Below the pieces are notes generated by a model. The model was not told the origin of the DNA, did not search any database, and worked only from the letters and a program-made list of their open reading frames with translations. DNA of 63,304 nt, the filler included. It is 6 parts of 6 records of this genome, joined end to end, with 100 filler letters (N's around TTAATTAATTAA, not from the genome) between each part and the next. Parts side by side here need not be neighbours in the genome. Positions count along the whole stretch, not along the records: positions 58,123 to 63,304 come from SRR2962707_1000; 5 more parts are not named here. One strand, written 5' to 3'. A program made the translations under genes and the position numbers. Shown piece after piece: positions 61,101-63,304 of this stretch. Each line of letters begins with the position of its first letter. Position 1 is the first letter of the stretch.

Positions 61101-63247
61101 GTCGTAGAGATCGTACCTGCATGATGGCAACGGGGTTTAATTCTCAGCCTGGTACCGAATTAATTCAACAATACCCCTGTCGCAATGCAAGGAGATGACT
61201 CACGGAAGTCGGGATTGGGCGTTTTGGGTTAACGATGACGCCCAAATCGGGGGCTTGGGAGCAGCAAGCAACTCCTCGAGACCAGTTTTTAGCGACCGCT
61301 CGGTTTGCACTTCGAGAAGGTCAGTTCGCCCCCGTGCCGAGTGGAAATCTAGCCCGTAGCTACGAAGTGCATCAAGAGTCCAACAAAGGCAATTCAATTT
61401 TGTGACTGAAGACATCGAGCTTGCTAGTGTGGAAACCAATCCACGGGACAAGACAAACAGGGACTGCACGTACAGGTCAAAAATGCGTTGGGTGCGCTTG
61501 GCCAGAAAAGCCAAAAATCGAACAACATTCTCTGGCCGGCCAGGAAAGAGCTCTCGCAAATCCATTCGTTGGGTGGCAATGCCCACTGGACAATCGTCAT
61601 TTTGGCAACTGTCCGCCTGAGCAAAACACGCAAGCCACTCTGAAAAAATGGAGGAGACTAAAGGCAAAGTAACATGCAAGTTGTCGTGGCGAACGGTTCA
61701 GCAATGACGTATTCGCGCACCTTGACACATCCGTTGGCTAACATCAGTGAGGTGCCCATGTTGATGCGATTAGCACCCATAAACACCATCCTTGCAATGT
61801 CTTCAGGAGTTTGAATTCTTCCTGATGCAGCCAGGTCTATCGGCCACAGGCCTTCAGAGATCAACGTATTGCGGACCTGTTCCGTGCAACCGAGCGTCAT
61901 TGGCGCGTGTACAGTCGTTCGCAAACATGAAAACAAGTGCGGCCTTTTGACTTGGACGCACCTCCAAAATGCCGGGTGTTTTGTCTCGCACATAAAAGTG
62001 CTTCGATTCGGCCTTCGCTGCTCCTGTACCGCCAAATCCGGTAACTTCTACGCCAGCTCCAGCTTTGGCAACCACAAGTGAAATGGGCCCAATTCCATTC
62101 CGTGACGCCAGCTTCACCCAGATCTTATTGGCTTGTGGATTGATTTGCCGAAGATCGTGGATGAGTTGAGCAAGGTCCTGCAAGCACAATGCCACAAACT
62201 CGCCTTGAGCCACGCGTGCGGGACGCTTGGTGTCGTCGGTTGCAACACAAGAATTGTAGCTTTAAGGGGCTCCGAGCATACCTCCACCGAGTAGATGTCG
62301 TGGTGGGGTGGGGGGGAGTACAAATCCAGACCAGGCCGAGAACCTCTCACTTTGGCAATGAGATCAGTCACCTTGTTGGCAGGCAAGTGACCCCCATCTC
62401 CAGGCTTTACACCTTGAGCGACTTTGATGTCGATCTCTTCTGCTTCCGTCAGGTACCTTCAATATTCACCCACAAAGTCAACCCACGCCATCTCGAACCG
62501 AGGACATTGTTGGACTCACAACACGCGTGGGCGTGGTCGACATGTGTCCGCAATGCAGCACAAAGAATTCGCATCCGCGTACTTCAAAGGAGATTCTCCC
62601 ATCCAACGGCCGCTGGCCACCTGGACGATCGCAGCTGCGGCCAGGCCTCCTTTGGCGTAGTCATCATCCACAAGTTGGCCGCCCTCGCCAGAATTTGACC
62701 GCGGACCTGGTGCATCTTTTAACGACGTCCCCAGCCGTTCTGCCACGCAGCGCCGCGCAATGTTGAAGCCCAAGTGTTCCACTTGCCAGGCTTCCTTCGA
62801 CATTGACCCAAAGCTCTTGGCTGCACCACCAAGATTCGCGAAAACCTGACAACACGAGCCCCCAAGACCGCCCACCGAGAGGTGAACCACTGGAAGAAGG
62901 CTACCCTGGAACTGCAAAAGACTTCCTCACGTCGGTTAAACACGAGGACGTAGCAAAAACACGAAACACACCTGCAGCTCAGAGTGCGACAGTCCGGCAA
63001 CAATGTCCTTGATCTTGTTGTATCCTTCGCCACCAGGCTCGTAGGCGTGTGGATGCTGATTGATGTACTCCAGCCACTTGAGTTTGAGCGTCGACATGAA
63101 TCTCACGCGGGTTGCGCGAGCGTACGGAAGCTCAGCCGCCCCCACCCCGCCTGTGAGCGAAGGTGGGGCATGCAAACGTTGCCTGGGATGAGCCACCAAC
63201 GCGGAAACGCCGCGCTGTGTGGCCCTTGGGTTCAACAACCGAAGCAT
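58123..63247 (-). CDS. Multi-exon eukaryotic glutamate synthase large-subunit homologue with permuted domain order (synthase/FMN - GXGXG - GATase), 3'-truncated
   Basis: In transcription order: [66 protein letters not shown]-x5-C-x4-C ([19 protein letters not shown]); then [28 protein letters not shown]; then [46 protein letters not shown]. Many GT-AG introns. Confidence 0.88.
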
Positions 63248-63304
63248 GTTCCACGGCTGCTCGTTCACCAAGCCCGCGGAAAAAAAAAAAAAAAAAAAAA
63301 AAAA

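Noticed and set aside
58123-63247. Glutamate synthase region as two tandem gene copies (end of one, start of the next)
   Set aside because: The GXGXG-to-GATase junction is inside one stop-free exon, and the upstream part starts with its own presequence rather than GATase or central domains.

Overview
This window is not one locus. It is six unrelated contigs joined by 100-nt artificial spacers (N-run + TTAATTAATTAA + N-run). (1) 1-11115, Rhizobiales-like alphaproteobacterium: polA 3' end, ynjBCD-like ABC transporter, hrpB, regB/regA, mmcB, an L,D-transpeptidase and the glcB 3' end. (2) 11216-21802, intron-containing eukaryote (probably a stramenopile-like protist; inference): a PH-ankyrin-WW-coiled-coil gene convergent with an intronless SF3B1 that carries 15 tandem GRF[ED]xTP heptads. 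(3) 21903-31023, eukaryote: a five-exon type I synthase closely resembling animal FASN (KS-AT-DH-MT-ER-KR-ACP, no TE, degenerate ER/MT). (4) 31124-49696, Bacteroidota: a clade II nos cluster including a frameshifted NosL::outer-membrane-barrel fusion, an Rrf2 regulator with candidate operators, hemN and a cbb3 oxidase (cco) operon. (5) 49797-58022, alphaproteobacterium: ahcY-divL-tsaE-murU-addB-addA. (6) 58123-63304, eukaryote: a spliced glutamate synthase large subunit with a permuted domain order (presequence - FMN/3Fe-4S synthase - GXGXG - linker - glutamine amidotransferase), which places the normally N-terminal catalytic Cys inside the chain. The permuted glutamate synthase, the protist animal-FAS-like PKS, the SF3B1 heptad array and the NosL-barrel fusion are the most notable observations. 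All family calls come from motif recognition by eye; no database searches were run.
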